NCBI GenBank assembly: GCA_965113315.1
Contig: OZ220367.1
DNA length: 63,861 bases
DNA from: Podarcis vaucheri
Lineage: Eukaryota
Direction: 5' to 3' (one strand)
Made by a program: the position numbers and the translations under genes. The notes beneath the pieces are model-generated. The model ran no database searches and was not told the origin of the DNA. It was given only the letters and a program-made list of their open reading frames with translations. Numbering within the stretch: position 1 is the first letter of the stretch; each line of letters begins with the position of its first letter. Positions 37,015 through 50,725 of the stretch are shown in pieces.

Positions 37015-37938
37015 ATTTCTTTTTTCCATGTAGAAATAAAATTATGGTCTGGAAAATGAAAACCTCCAAGAACCAAAACTGACAAATTTATCCATCCCTA
37101 CGGGTTGTGCAAGTCAATTTTAGAACATCCTGTGAACACATTAGCCACATGTCTAGGACAGGCTTGGAATTGTAGGCAAAATATCACCTGTTTTAGGGCC
37201 CCTTCACATTGGTGGTTTTGTTTTTTCAAATGCATTCCGCAAAATGTATTTGATGCAATAATAGTGTATTACTGGTGGTTTTACACTGCACCGCCAACAC
37301 ATCCTTCCACTGTATTCGTTGTACTGTGATGCTTCTGCAGTGTTACTGCAACATTGCCCTGGAGGGGCACTCTTGCACCAAAATAAAGCAAGAGCAGGAC
37401 AATAGACACCCGCCCCCAAGAAAAAAATATGTGGTGGAAAAATGTATATGATTTCAGGAGGAAGTTGCAGGACATGCACTGATTGAAAATGGAGATGTCC
37501 TACCAAGAACTTTGCAGGGGCAAACAGTATTGACAGAGGGATTGTGTAACCATCCTGATACCATCCTGAACACAAATATTCATAGACACACAATAAAAAG
37601 GATGTCTAGAGGGCCTCTTACTCTCAAGTCTGGTGTAATATTTTTACACTGGCTGGATAGCTTTTGGAATGTAGATTTCATTCAGAATTGACCCAATCCA
37701 TTTACTCATTCCGGGGGGAGGTGTAATTAGCTGAAGATATCGTCATTTACACAATTCAAGGATAATGCTATAAACTTAAATTGGACTAGAACAAGAAGCA
37801 ATCCTATGTCCTGTTCCCAGAATTAATTTGAGCAAGTTGTAGGGATGAACCATACTGATTTATTTATTTTTTAATCCACCAGCATGATGCAGTGCACATC
37901 TTTACATGTGTGTGAAACACAGAAAGATGACTTATGTG

Positions 37939-38404
37939 TAGTGTTTTTTTCTGTGGGGTATGCAGGGGTATGCATACCCCTAAACATTTTGTGAATCTAA
38001 TGGGAGAAGAAACTTTTTTTTTTTTTTTTTTTGTTTCTTCTCTAGCACAGTGAATCCTAAGTTCCATTGAATAGCACGGTGACTGGTCAGTTTCGATGTT
38101 ACCACCTCCGATGGCGGCTTCATTTCCTTTCTGGTGTTTCCTGAGTCTCAGATGGAAGCGAGCATTTAATGTGTGAAGCAGTATGGAATGTGGATGTGTG
38201 GTGTTTTACTGATGAAAGGTTGGCCTCATTGAGGGGCAGTATTTCAATATAGCGTGAGCTGTCAGCCGTGTAATATGAGGTAATGCATATTCTTTTATTT
38301 TGTCCATTTACTGTATTTATTTTCCCCATTTGAAATGGTGATTTTCTTGAGTCAAAATGAGAGCACTCCTAAACATTTTTTTTTTAGGAAAAAACCCCCC
38401 ACTG
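37939..38404 (+). mobile_element. hAT-type non-autonomous element, long form (CAGTGCTTTTTT family)
   Basis: Shares ends and CCCCTAAACATTTTGTGAATCTAA / TTGGCCTCATTGAGGGGCAGTATTTCAATAT blocks with 63353-63505. Confidence 0.8.
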
Positions 38405-40775
38405 CTGATACCAAATGAGGTCATTGATTGATCTAGCTGTATGCTGAATAGTTCTCCAGAGTTTCCAAAAAGAAAGGTCATAGGTTCAGGCCTTAGCATC
38501 TCCTGGAAGAGCAGGGGAAATTTCCTGTCTGAAACTGTGGCCCAATTGCCAATCAGCAAAGCCTAGACAATATTGAGCTAAATTGACCAAAGGTCTGGCT
38601 AACTATAAGGCAGTTCTGTGTGAACACAACATAATGTGCTTCTCACAAAGACCTGTATGCACAGAGCCTCAGGCCACATTCTTCTTCTCCCCCATAAAGG
38701 AACAGTTGTGTGAACCAGGCATGCACCTCTGTGTGTTGGAGAAAGGCTTACCCCATCCCTGCCAACACACTTCTCAAGCACGAACAGAGGCTTGTTGGCT
38801 GGGCATATATGTGAACTAACCTCTTACATAGCTCCCTAGAAGGGTTGCAAAGCAAGCAATGTTGAGCCTGGCAAGGCTATTCTGTCAAAATCACGCCATC
38901 TGATTCCTCTACGTGCCTGTCTGAGCCAACCCTTGAGACAGTGACAGAGGCTTTGAAGCACAGTTCGACACAAGTTACTCCTTTAAATTCCCTCTCCACT
39001 ACACTGATAGACACCAAGACCCTAAGTCTCTTAACAGACCACTCCAAGTCCATGGTCTGGTGCACAGTTTTTTATTGCTGTGTTTGCTGGCTTTGAAAAG
39101 AAACATAAAGAAAACAAAGGGATTGACTGTCTCTAAGCTCCAGTTAAAAGGAAGTCACTATCATAGCTACTTGTTCAGGACTAAAGACGAGTCACTCTAG
39201 AGTGTTTTTTTAAAAAGCAAAAAACACCTCTGGCTACAGAGATTTTGTCACCCCTGTGACATCATATGAAGGAAATGATTTTATCAGGGTTTTCTGCACA
39301 GTCCACACATTTGCTTCTATCTGAGGTTGCCAACTTTCTTTTCCCTTTTGCATGTTTTTGACAGCAGCTCGATCTGCAAATTTTAATAGGTTATAATGCT
39401 CACCTCGACACTGAAAAGCTTCATCTGATTATTCCTGTGCATCAAGCTGCTGAGAAAGGCACAAAAACAAGTCAAACTAGGGTTTTTTGGGGGGATCAGT
39501 TGGCAGCCTGGCAAGGGCAAACTGCATGCAGAACCAGCTTAGTACATGCCCATCTGATGCAAATTCAGTTGTGTACAGTTGAAGCTGCAATGCAAACAAG
39601 TAAGTAAATAATACCTGGAAAACAAGAGGCAGATGCCTGGTTTTGGTTAGCATTTGCTGAAACTCCCTTGATTCATTTTTGTCCCCCCTCCCCCGGTCCC
39701 TTCTCTCATTTATAGGATTTTACAACATCTGAAATGACAGCAACTGTGGACATCACGCAACATAAACATCACACAGGATGTTATTGCACCGCAGGAAAAG
39801 ATGTTGGAAGGAAGCAAGCAGAGAGAGAGGCGGGGGGGGGGGGAGAGAAGTCAGTACCTCTGCAGGAACACCTTCAAGTTTTATTCTATGATCAAAGCTG
39901 AAGGGCCAATGGCTTTTCTTTGCATAAGGATATATCAGTCAAGGTGCCACACCTATGAATGGCAGCAAATTACAAGGTCGAGTTTGCTGAACTAAATGAG
40001 AGATGGCTTCATGCAACCTCAGCCTCTTAAGGAAGGGGTGAGGAACCTTTCTTTAAGCTAGAGACCAGAGATTCCCTTCCGGACAACCTTCTAAGAGCCA
40101 CATGACAATATTAGATTGGTCCTGAGGCAAAAGTGGATGCTGTGTTTTTGGATCCAGGTAGTGCCAAAAGCAAAATTCAAAATGAATGGATGAATTCCTT
40201 CATAGGGAAAACATGTAAGGAGTCTTGAGACAGGAATTATCCACATTTACCTTTTGCCACTCTCTTTCCAGGCAGAGGTCTGCACTTTAACTCTCCGCTT
40301 CTGAGCACGGGTAATTTTTATTTTTATTTTGCCTGAGTTTTCCCCATAAAAACCTGCTCTTTAAAGCTGAATTGGAGCAAACATCAATTTTGCTTGTCCT
40401 GTCCACACCATCTCACCAGCTGCTACTGTTGGTGGACTATGCAGATCCTGCTTGATGAGCGAAATGTGCAGCCAGAGAGCATCTCTGACAGATGCCTATC
40501 TAGTGTAGTTGCTCCATGAAATTGGTTGGTAACAATGCAGTGCACAGAACAGGATCAGTTGACAGTCCTGAATTCTATGCTCTGCTGTTGGCTACTGCAC
40601 AGTAGAGCATAGAACCAGGGCATTTTTCTATGAGTTAATAATATATATTCATGCAAATCAGGGCTGCAGAATCTGTGGCCTTCCAGAAGTCATTGGAGTA
40701 CCAGTCACATCATCACGGAGTCCTTGACTATTCACCATCCTGACGGGAAGGGCTACAGGCTCCATTTCCCTGATA

Positions 40776-41002
40776 CAGTGGTACCTCAGGTTAAGTACTT
40801 AATTCATTCCGGAGGTCCGTACTTAACCTGAAACTGTTCATAACCTGAAGCACCACTTTAGCTAATGGGGCCTCCTGCTGCTGCCGCGCCACCGGAGCAC
40901 AATTTCTGTTCTCATCCTGAAGCAAAGTTCTTAACCTGAAGCAATATTTCTGGGTTAGTGGAATCTGTAACCTGAAGCGCATGTAACCTGAAGGTACCAC
41001 TG
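40776..41002 (+). mobile_element. Tigger-like MITE, family A
   Basis: TA|CAGTGGTACCT...AGGTACCACTG|TA. Confidence 0.92.
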
Positions 41003-43931
41003 TATAGATGTGCATATATAGTGTTTCCATAGTCTCCAAATATTTTACCCCAAAGGATGGCTCCTTCGATACATTTACAAACATGAACTATTCTTTTGCC
41101 CATTCAGAGGTCAACAGAAGGTATCTCAGGTGTAGACTTTTGTTATCCACGCTTTAACCTGTGCCCTCATTTTAAGCCCACTTCACCACAACACATTCTC
41201 TTTCTCCCTTACCTGACAGTTCTATTTGTAGCCCTGTTTCTTTCCTACTGTAATGTATTTGCTCTTTCTCCCTTTCTCCTGCAACATCTATGGTTGTCAC
41301 ATTATTCCTCAAGCCTGGAGGAGCACAATGACTTCTGAGGCAGGTGTCACTGCCGCTCTGTGAATCAACCATCAGGAGGTATTTATGGAAGTAGTGAATG
41401 CCTGGCTTGAAGCTCTATAGGAAGTACAGCTCAGGTCATACTGCTGGGGGAGTGTAACAGTATGCCTAGTGGGTTTCACCTAATGAGTAGATTATCTAAG
41501 TCAAGTGGAGCTCACTGGAGCAGAACTGAAACTTCTACAGCTTAGGGTTCATTTTGAGTAGCTCCACCCTCCCACCCCGAAACAACCATCAGATTTCTAA
41601 GCATTATTTTTTTAAAAAAGTTTGTTTGACTTTGGCTCATTAGCCCCATCAGTTAGGTACTACAGAGTCTATATCAGTAAGTTTAATTCCCCTTTTTCCA
41701 TTTAGTGGTCCTGTTATATTTTATGTAGTGCCTGTCCTTTATGTTGTTTGTATTTTCACCTTTATTTCAAAATCCAATGCCATGTTGTTGTTGCTTGTAA
41801 AGTCCTCTCTCTAAACAGCATGTGCTATTTTATGGACAAATCTCTCACCAGATATCCTTCCCTTCCTATCCCAGGATTTCAAAAATGTTTTGACACATGC
41901 AGTACAGACTCCTTCATCCCTCTTGTTTAAAATGAAACACACACAAAATTGACAAGGATGCCATGTTTCTCAGACTTCTGATAGCTACGGAACTCTTCCT
42001 TTTGAATTAAAATTGGAGCCACATTTTCCCCAAACACCCTCAAAGTGTTAAATAGAAGCTTTGTTAAATATGGAAGAGTATGAACTGCCAGCTCTCAGAT
42101 GACTCCCTTTCCCTTGTGTTTCTGTAGCCATTTCCTACCGATTTCCCATGCCAGTGGCACAAAAGTCAGCTTCCCACAAACCCTTGGCCTTCTGCCACTC
42201 TCTCAACTGCCCGTCAAACTAAACGTTGCAATTCTACCATGCCCTCTTCTTAGTCTATACGTTTTCTCCTTCCTAATCTAAGAAGCCCCAAACAAGCCTT
42301 TCCTTGAAGGGAAGGTGCTCCAACTCTATGGCTATTTTATAGCATAGCACATGTCTACTCAGAAGTAAGTCCATCTGTATTTAATGAAGCTTGCCTCTAA
42401 GTGACCAAGCACTGGATTGCAGCCTTAGATCCTCTTTGGGGTACTTATCCTCAACCTCATTGCAAATGAACTCAATATATTCTAAGAAGGGTGCTTGTGG
42501 GTTGGGTTACTGGTGAAGAACTTGCTCTTATTGGTGTCTCCCAGGCTTCCACAGAGTGTGTTTCCAAGGAAGATCAGAGCTAAGGACCAAGTCATGAGAA
42601 TCCTATTTCTCTCAGGGCTGCTGATTGACAGCACCACTTCACCTGTGAGCCTAACATCTTATTTCTATCTGGGATGCTTTTTCCTTCCACATCTGTCTGG
42701 TTCCTGGTATGCCTATCAGGTGAAGGGGCCACCTTCCTGAGCCCTACAAGCTGTGATGAAGAAGACTGTTCCCTTCTGTGGTGTGATGAATTGTACTTTT
42801 GTTTTGCTTCACACACTGTGCAATTAAGCTGTGGGATTCACTTCCACGTCATGTCATGATGGCCACCAGAAGAGGATGAGACAAATTCATGGAGGATAAA
42901 CATAACCCCGCTGGTCACTATATCTGTATGCCACCTCTAATTTCAGAGGCAGCAGAAGTACACTGTTGTGGGACTCACATAGGGGTCTAACTGACCACTG
43001 GGAGAAGAGAATGGTGGACTAGATGATAGGCCTTGACTACTCTTTGGTTCTTATGAGGGAGCACTGGTCACACCAGAATCTAAGGTGATGAAAACGACCA
43101 ACTCTATGTGAAAGAAGCATCTGAACACGATCCAAAGGGATATGTGAGCAGTTGACTGTGGATGTTTCTGCTTGCTTCAAGATAAGAAGACCTTAGAATC
43201 AATATGGCCCAATTTGTTAGTCACATTCTTCCCTCAGTGAGAACTTGGCTGCAAAAATTGACATCCTGGCTGTATTATTCTGCTCATTACATGTATTTTA
43301 ATTTGGGGCTAATATAAAATATTTAAGGGAAGCCAGGAAAGCAAAACAAAAACAAAAGCAAAAAAGACATGGGGAGTTTCAGTGGATGGGTCCCCTGATA
43401 GAATTCCTTCCAGACATTATGTTCACTTTGATTAAACAAAGCAGCATATTTGCTGATATAAAGAAAATACTTACAAACTGAGAATCATAAAACACACAGT
43501 TTTCTCCCTCGGGGCCCCAGGTGTCTTTTGTAGGACACAATTATCTCTTTACTGATGCTTTCCTTAAATAATACATATACCCACTGCAGCTCTTTCTGGG
43601 GATAATCAGCTAGTGGATTGGTTGAACTCCACTTCACCTAGGGTGAGAGAAACTTTCTGCCACATGGTTGCAGCAAACAGCACAACTTCTCAACATAAGA
43701 TTTTCAATTAAAAAAGAATCAAAACATTGGTTTACAACTGCAGAGCTAAGATGTTGGCCCAGTTTGCACATAAACGCTAAGCCAAACCATAGCTAATGGT
43801 GAATGAGTAAGTGTTGCTGTGCACAGAGCAAATATCATGGCTGCTTTGCTTCTCACCCATGGTCCTGTTGCTGCTGCACTAGACTAGAACTAGTGGGTGG
43901 AGTTTGCGTGAAAGTAGATTTTGGCCAAACA

Positions 43932-44058
43932 CTGTGAGAAACTTCTTGACAGAAAGAGCCATTCAATGGTGGAGCAGATTTTCTTGGGATTAAGTGGTGG
44001 GCCTTGCAAAAAGTTGGGTCAGATGTTCTCCAAGATCCCTTCCAAGTCTATGATTCTG
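43932..44058 (+). mobile_element. CR1 3' end remnant, internally deleted
   Basis: GAAACTTCTTGACAG...GATCCCTTCCAAGTCTATGATTCTGT. Confidence 0.65.
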
Positions 44059-45537
44059 TAGCACTTATTTCCATATTAATGGTTTCGGGGGGGGGATCCA
44101 TTTTGAAATCCTGTTAATTTGGAAAATAGCACAAGTTTCATGCTGTCAAAATTTGGGGTGCAGTGCCAGCATACAGTTCTTAATGGAACTACCTCCCATC
44201 TCCTTTTCCTCTGTCCCTCTAGAACTGAGGATGTTGCATGTGGGCTTGACAGTAGACTTGGGGCAGAATATTGTCCTTCAGGTGGTAAATCAAGCCACAG
44301 GCCACCATCTCCTCCTCCATCATATACAATGTCTGTTCTCCCTAGGACAGAGAACAGAATCCCCCCCCCCTTGCCTCCAAAACCACCAGCATTCACTGGC
44401 AACCAAACGATGCCCTGCCCAGTTGAACAGTGGGAGGCAGTATCCCCAGGTTTTTGGGAAGGGAAACAATGTCACACACGCTTGAGCTTTCCTTTAAAAG
44501 TGTTTCCCTTCAGAAAAATCAGCCAGTGATTTTCAATTGAGGAAATCAAGAGGCTTTGTCGCCTCTTGCAAATGAGTTAACTGAAGAGAAGAAAACAATT
44601 TCTCTCATAAATTGCTGCAGATGAGAAAGTCTAGACAGTTGTGGGGGGTCATGGAGAAGGATGCAAAACAAAGGTCTCTTTTAACTGCAGCCCGGATTTA
44701 ACAGATACAAATGTTTGATCCAAGCCAATCTGGGTAATGTTGCAAGAGCAAAGCAGAATATGTTGGCTGCTGATTAATATTTGCTTCTAATCCAGAAGCA
44801 GTCAAATCAACAGCTCCTACCAGAGCACAAATGGTAGAGTTTAGCAGTCCCTGAGGGCAATAGCTGCTTGTCGAGAGACCTCATGCATTTCATGGCTGCA
44901 AACATAGATTGCCATCTGACTTGCTTATTCTACAAAAATTACAGCAATGTTCTTTTCTACTGTGTTTATTAGTTTTGGAGCCTGTATAGTGCTGATGAAT
45001 AAGGTAACTTGCTTTCCCCAGGCTTTAAAGCCCTTCAGATGTCTTTGTCTCAAATTCCCATCAGCCCCAGACAGCATGATCAACATAGTCTGGCAATATA
45101 GGTTAGTTCCCACTGCCTTAAATCAACCTCGTCAATAGGTCCTCCAAAGTATCAAGCCGACAATATCCATGTGGGCTAATGCATGTGATTTGATGCTCAT
45201 CAACAGCCTTTCCCCAATTTATGACACTTTCCTGTCTTCCTCACCTCAAGCCAACTCGCCATAAGTGAGTGGGCAAATAGCAATTTCCAAGTTGGCCTTA
45301 AAGAAATCATAGGCAATAAGGAAGCAGGAGTCTCTTCTTGACAAGAACTAAATGAAGCTGGCTCCATTGTTTTCCTTCATTGCCAGTTGTCAGCAGTGAA
45401 TATTTCCCCCAGTGTTGTCTGGATGTGTGAATATTGGGTGAATATTTGATATTCAACATCAGTATTTGGCTTCTGAAGATCATACAGCAGCAGCCAACAT
45501 TTGACACTGTATGACAGTTGGCATAATGTAGCAGTCA

Positions 45538-45718
45538 GCATTTGACAAAGTCCCCTATCAAAGTCTCCTGAGTAAACTTGGCAGTGATGGAATAGGAAGA
45601 TGGGTCTCTTATGGATCAGTAACTGGTTAAAAATTTGGAAGTGGAGGGCAGAAGTATATAAACAGTTCTCCCAGTGGAGGGAAGTAAGTAGTGAGATCCC
45701 CAAAGGATCTGTGCTGGC
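45538..45718 (+). mobile_element. CR1 reverse-transcriptase domain remnant
   Basis: AFDKVPYQSLLSKLGSDGI...WISNWLK...QFSQWREVSSEIPKGSVL (AFD and GVPQGSVL-like RT motifs). Confidence 0.85.
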
Positions 45719-45921
45719 AGCAGGGTTTGGGGAGAAATTTGGCTCTGCTCACATTTTCATGTGAAAACCCCACTTCCCAAAACAATGCAAAAACCAAAAT
45801 GTGGTTATCTGTCTAAATTTGTACTTCTCCAAATTTTGCAATACAAGTCTCAAACCAATGTTTATTTCTATTATTTACCTTTCTAGCCCACCTTTGCTCT
45901 ATTGAGTTCAAGGTGGTACAT

Positions 45922-45923
45922 TT

Positions 45924-45984
<61 letters not shown>

Positions 45985-46212
45985 GCATTTATATCCTGTC
46001 TTTCCTCTGAGGAGCTCAAAGCAGCGGACAGGGTTCTCCCTCTGCACACATACCTCCATTTCATCCTCATAACAGCCCAGTGAGGTAGCTTAGGCTGAAA
46101 GACTGTGATCAGTCCCAAGGTTATTCAACAAGCTTCATTGTGGCCAAGTGGGGGATTTGAACTCTGGTTTCTCATGTCTTAATCCTACTCTCTAACCCCT
46201 GTACTACACTGA
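45922..46212 (-). mobile_element. MIR/CORE-like tRNA SINE with (TTTC)n tail microsatellite (45922-45983)
   Basis: CATCCTCATAACAGCCC.GTGAGGTAG...GGGGATTTGAACTC (reverse B box)...CTACACTG. Confidence 0.75.
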
Positions 46213-46307
46213 CATATGACTATCTTCATCCAGCGCTGGATCCTAGCATTTTACAGAGGTTTTCTTGAGCTCTTTAGAAGCCAGGGTGTCACTTCTCAGA
46301 CGTGATA

Positions 46308-46550
46308 CAGTGGTACCTCGGGTTACAGACGCTTCTGGTTACAGACGCTTCAGGTTACAGACTCCACTAACCCAGAAATAGTACCTCGGGTTAAGAAATT
46401 TGCTTCAGGATGAGAACAGAAATCGTGCTCCGGTGGTGCGGTGGCAGCGGGAGGCCCCATTAGCTAAAGTTGGTACCTCAGGTTAAGAATAGTTTCAGGT
46501 TATGATCGGACCTCCGGAACAAATTAAGTTCTTAACCCGAGGTACCACTG
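46308..46550 (-). mobile_element. Tigger-like MITE, family A (reverse orientation)
   Basis: TIRs and TA TSD; reverse complement of 986-1225. Confidence 0.92.
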
Positions 46551-47605
46551 TATAATGATCCTGATCCTGATCAAGCTGACAGTGGCAACCAGGTTTTGCA
46601 TCCCTGCCTGTCTCTTTTCTCCCAAGAATTGGCCATCATACCCTACTTTGCAGAGTTGTTGTATAAGCTGAGACGGTCTAGCATTATGCCTAGTGCCTTG
46701 GATCCCACACATGCCACCTTTTGTTTTAGTTGGTGCCAGTTCAGCCAGCTCCTATTAGTTTGCATAAGAGCATTTATATTACTGCTATTATTATTAGTAG
46801 TATTATTATTTCAAGATATATGACCTGCCCTTTACCAGCAGGCCCTGGGTGCAGGTTAAAACAATTTTAAAAACAGCAGTTCCTTTGAAAAGGCATTGAT
46901 AGAACCTGTAAAGTTTCTCAAGTTTTCTAACACACACCCCCTCGATTTCTCCTCTCCTCTCTTCACTAATGATCTTCCAGACAACTATATTACCGGGCTA
47001 GGGGTATATCATGATCTGGCTCACCAGGCTGCTCCACCCTTTCCTTTTTTTCAGAGCCTGCTTTCTCTGCATTGGCATGCTGCGGTAAAAGAGTTTGGGG
47101 CATTCTGTGGCTACAAGCAGTCGGCACAGTCTTGGTAAAACCTTGCCATTGGCCCTGAGGTACAACACCCCCCCCCCAATAATCCATGGAATGGTTTGGC
47201 CCCCTGAGACATACTTAGAGTTCATTGGTTAAAAGGGAAAGGCATTATGACCAGTTGCAGAAGGAGGCCACCAGCTAGGCTGCAAGCCCGACTGCTTTTT
47301 CCCTTGATTGCAAAATGCTTCTGAACATCATGCTACTTTCATTGCTGCGTGCCAATGTCTGCGTATATTTTGCTTTAAACTTTCATTGCAATCACTTAGA
47401 GGTGTCATGTCATGTCACACTACAGTGCATTGTATTACGGAAATGCACAACCTTATAATGGAACAAACATGGTGTTCCCTTTAAACTATTGTTGCCCCCT
47501 TTCCATTATTCAGTAGCACTAACTCTGGGTTTTGCAGAAATAATATTTTAACAAGTGAAATTTAAAAGTTTACAGTCTTTTAAAGTTTAAGCTAGGAATA
47601 TAGTG

Positions 47606-47606
<1 letters not shown>

Positions 47607-47638
<32 letters not shown>
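47607..47638. repeat. (TG)n microsatellite
   Basis: Directly visible. Confidence 0.97.
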
Positions 47639-47645
<7 letters not shown>

Positions 47646-48450
47646 CTTTCTCCCTCTGAACCTTTATAGAGGTACATTTACCTTGGACTTGATCAATACA
47701 TATGTCCTACACCATGTAGCAATTCAGTATGGATCCTAGAAGTAAGAGGACAGAGGACTTAGAACCCCCTCCAAGATGAGTTGTGGAGCGGAGCTGAACC
47801 CCCAGCCCCGGTGATTGGAGTTGGAGGAAGATGAATGTTGTGGTCAAGGTTGATCAATGTTGTCTATTAGGGGTGGGCAGATTCCAGACTTGTTGAGCCT
47901 GTGTGAGTGTGTATGCTTTCTTTTTTACCATAACCTCAATTTATACCAACCAGAACCAGGTATAAAACAGCTGGTAGAATTTAAATACAAAAGCAAACAA
48001 AAACAAACCAACAGCATGTGTCAGCACGTTCCAAGTTTGGGAGTTTGTTTTCAGTAGCAGAACTGAACCAATGCTTGGAAAGTTCATTTTTAAAGGAACT
48101 AGTTCTAGTTCATCTTGCCCAACAAGACCAATAAAGACCTAGCTCCAGTTTGTCCTGTTACAAAGCAAACTGGTTTAACAGAGGGAATGTATGTGAGAAT
48201 GAACTGATTTAATTTCTGTCCCATTTTAAGTGTAGGGCAGACAGATGCGCTGGGGGCGATGGGACTGTCCCAGGGGTTAAATTGGGGCCAATGATGGGCC
48301 TAACTACATCTGTGTGCCCCATCTATGATGACTTTTCTGAAACTTGTTTCTTGAGGAATTTAGCACAGTGAATGCACAGGGGAAATGTACAGAACTGAAT
48401 GTTCCACAGAAAGGAAGATATGACAAATAATGTCCAGACTGCATCTTTCG

Positions 48451-48631
48451 TAGTGCTGGCCCAATATATTTTGCAGCCTGAGATGCACAAGATGGTGTCT
48501 TCCATTCCATGTGCATATGACAACTGGACTCGCAGCTGAATATTGCTTGGCATCTACTAGGTCTTCCAGCTCCTCAGCATCTGCTGCCTAAGGCAGCTGC
48601 CTCACTTTGCCCAATGATAGAGCCGGCCCTG
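48451..48631. mobile_element. Old hAT-type MITE (CAGGGCCGGCCC family)
   Basis: TAGTGCTGGCCC...GAGCCGGCCCTG; related to 11378-11711 and ~63012-63581. Confidence 0.6.
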
Positions 48632-49598
48632 CTCACTCAGCTGCTTCCAGAGTCCTCAAGTGCAAATGCATCAAGGTCAAATGAGCCACTGCTCTAAGGA
48701 AGCTGTAGCCTAAAGCCTTAATCATACTGGCGCCTCTGTTGTGATGTAATTAATTGGAAATTCCCTGCCGTGACTCTTAGTGGCTGTTTCTTTTCAAGAG
48801 GTATAATGCTTTAGGCTGAGTGAGCAGCAGAATATTTATCAGCCAGTGGCCAAAACCTCCAAGGAAAAAGGATGAAGATGGACAGGTAGCTTAGCACTTG
48901 TATTTGGGATATGTGCTTGTAATATGTATGAACTCACTCAACATTCTTACATAGATCTGCAGTTATAGCTCCTCACCTGAAGTGTCCCAACTTGTCTAGG
49001 AATTCATAGCGATATTAATAAATATAGTTTGCATTTTCCAAACTTAGGGCAGACTCTTAGGTTACATTAGTGGTCTGTTGCTGCTCCCCCGTGGCTTGGA
49101 CCCACACTGCTCTAATTATGTTTGAAATATGGAGACCTCATGGGAACAGTGGTTATTTCCCACATCAGCACCATGCCTCCCCTGGGTAAACTTAACCCCA
49201 AATTTCCATCATATAAACAAGATCTAACAAATGTATCTTCCACTCTCCATAGACCAACTGGGAAAAGCAAGAGCACTGTAGTTTGTCCGCACAAACCTCA
49301 TGCCAGTGAGTACCTGTTTTAATGAGGTACTCGCTTTGACATATGCCCAAAACAGGATGTTGAGTGTCAGTCAGGAACAGGAAATGGGATGAAATGCATC
49401 CTGCATCAGTTCCTTAGGCTACCCTGAGTGGCATATTGCAAAAAATAAATAAAATAAAATAATGGGTTGTTGAAAGTGGATATAGTGAGTTGCCAGGTTC
49501 ATACCCAGTGATGGCCATAGGAGTCATGTGCATTGTTCATGGCAGAGAGAACTGCAAAGCACTGAAGCTGTGTACCCCAGAAGCTCCATGAAAAACTA

Positions 49599-49824
49599 CA
49601 GTGGTACCTTAGGTTACAGACGCTTCAGGTTACAGACTCCGCTAACCCAGAAATAATACCTCGGGTTAAGAACTTTGCTTCAGGATGAGAACAGAAATCG
49701 TGCAGTGGCAGTGCGGCGGCAGCGGGAGACCCCATTAGCTAAAGTGGTACCTCAGGTTAAGAACTGTTTCAGGTTAAGAACGGACCTCCAGAACGAATTA
49801 AGTTCTTAACCCGAGGTACCACTG
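49599..49824 (-). mobile_element. Tigger-like MITE, family A (reverse orientation)
   Basis: TIRs and TA TSD. Confidence 0.92.
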
Positions 49825-50725
49825 TACTCTATATTTGCAGAGAGACGACAGCAGTGCTTTGAAGTTAATGAGGTCCTCTATGGGGCAGGGGGATGATGCT
49901 GCACTGCTTGGTTTATGGAGATTACACACACACACACTATAACTTTAGTGTCAGTGCTACTGCGAAGCAAGACTTTCAGACAGATAAATGCTCCTGAACC
50001 ATTTGTGTGGTTGCCACGCACCACCTCCAATCATCTTATCCATGCTTATTGCGGAAAGGTTCAGGTTGCACAAATGGAATCAGATTGAAGGTTAATCTCA
50101 TTCCTCATTTGCTATAACAATTAAAGAGCTCGTTGGAACATTGTGCCTTTAAAGATCAACGTAATGATGCACTAAGAGACACATGGCTTTCAGTGTGCTG
50201 CAGAAACTCAGGTTCCACAGTGGGCAAACAATAGGCAATGTGTCTGCAGCACAACACAGCCCATCCAGAAAACAGTCGTAAATCTTTGGCATGGAATGGG
50301 ATGCCATGTCCCTGCTCAGGCTTTAAGGTATGTACTGCAGGTGCTCCACTTATAAAGGGTAGATTATTTGTACTACTGCATAGAAATCCTAAATCATGAT
50401 TCTACCTGGGCATGTGATTTCTTCAAAGATGTTCACACAGAGTGAGAGGTTTTGCTTAAGTTCTTAGAGCTTGTGAAATGAAAAAATAATAATAAACAAA
50501 GCTGTGAAGGTCCAAGGTTCAAACTCTAACATCTCTAGGTAGGGCTGGGAAAGACCTCTGTTTGGGAAAGAGCCCTGGAGAGCCACTGCCAGTCCGTGTA
50601 AACAGTAATGAGCTAGATGGGCAAAGGATCTGACTCAGTATAAAGCAGGTTTCATTTGTGTCCTCCTTTTGCACACCTTTTATGGAAGTCCCTCTCTGGT
50701 GTCTTTTTAGTCTGGAACACCTATA

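Larger units (their letters stand above)
35943..37100 (+). mobile_element. hAT-like element (TAGGGATG family) hosting nested L2 and SINE insertions
   Basis: TAGGGCTG...CATCCCTA termini; TSD CAGGTTGT/CGGGTTGT (7/8). Confidence 0.8.

Noticed and set aside
44119-44529. 136-aa proline-rich ORF (PPPLPPKPP)
   Set aside because: It arises from C-runs in low-complexity sequence; there are no convincing splice boundaries or known homology.
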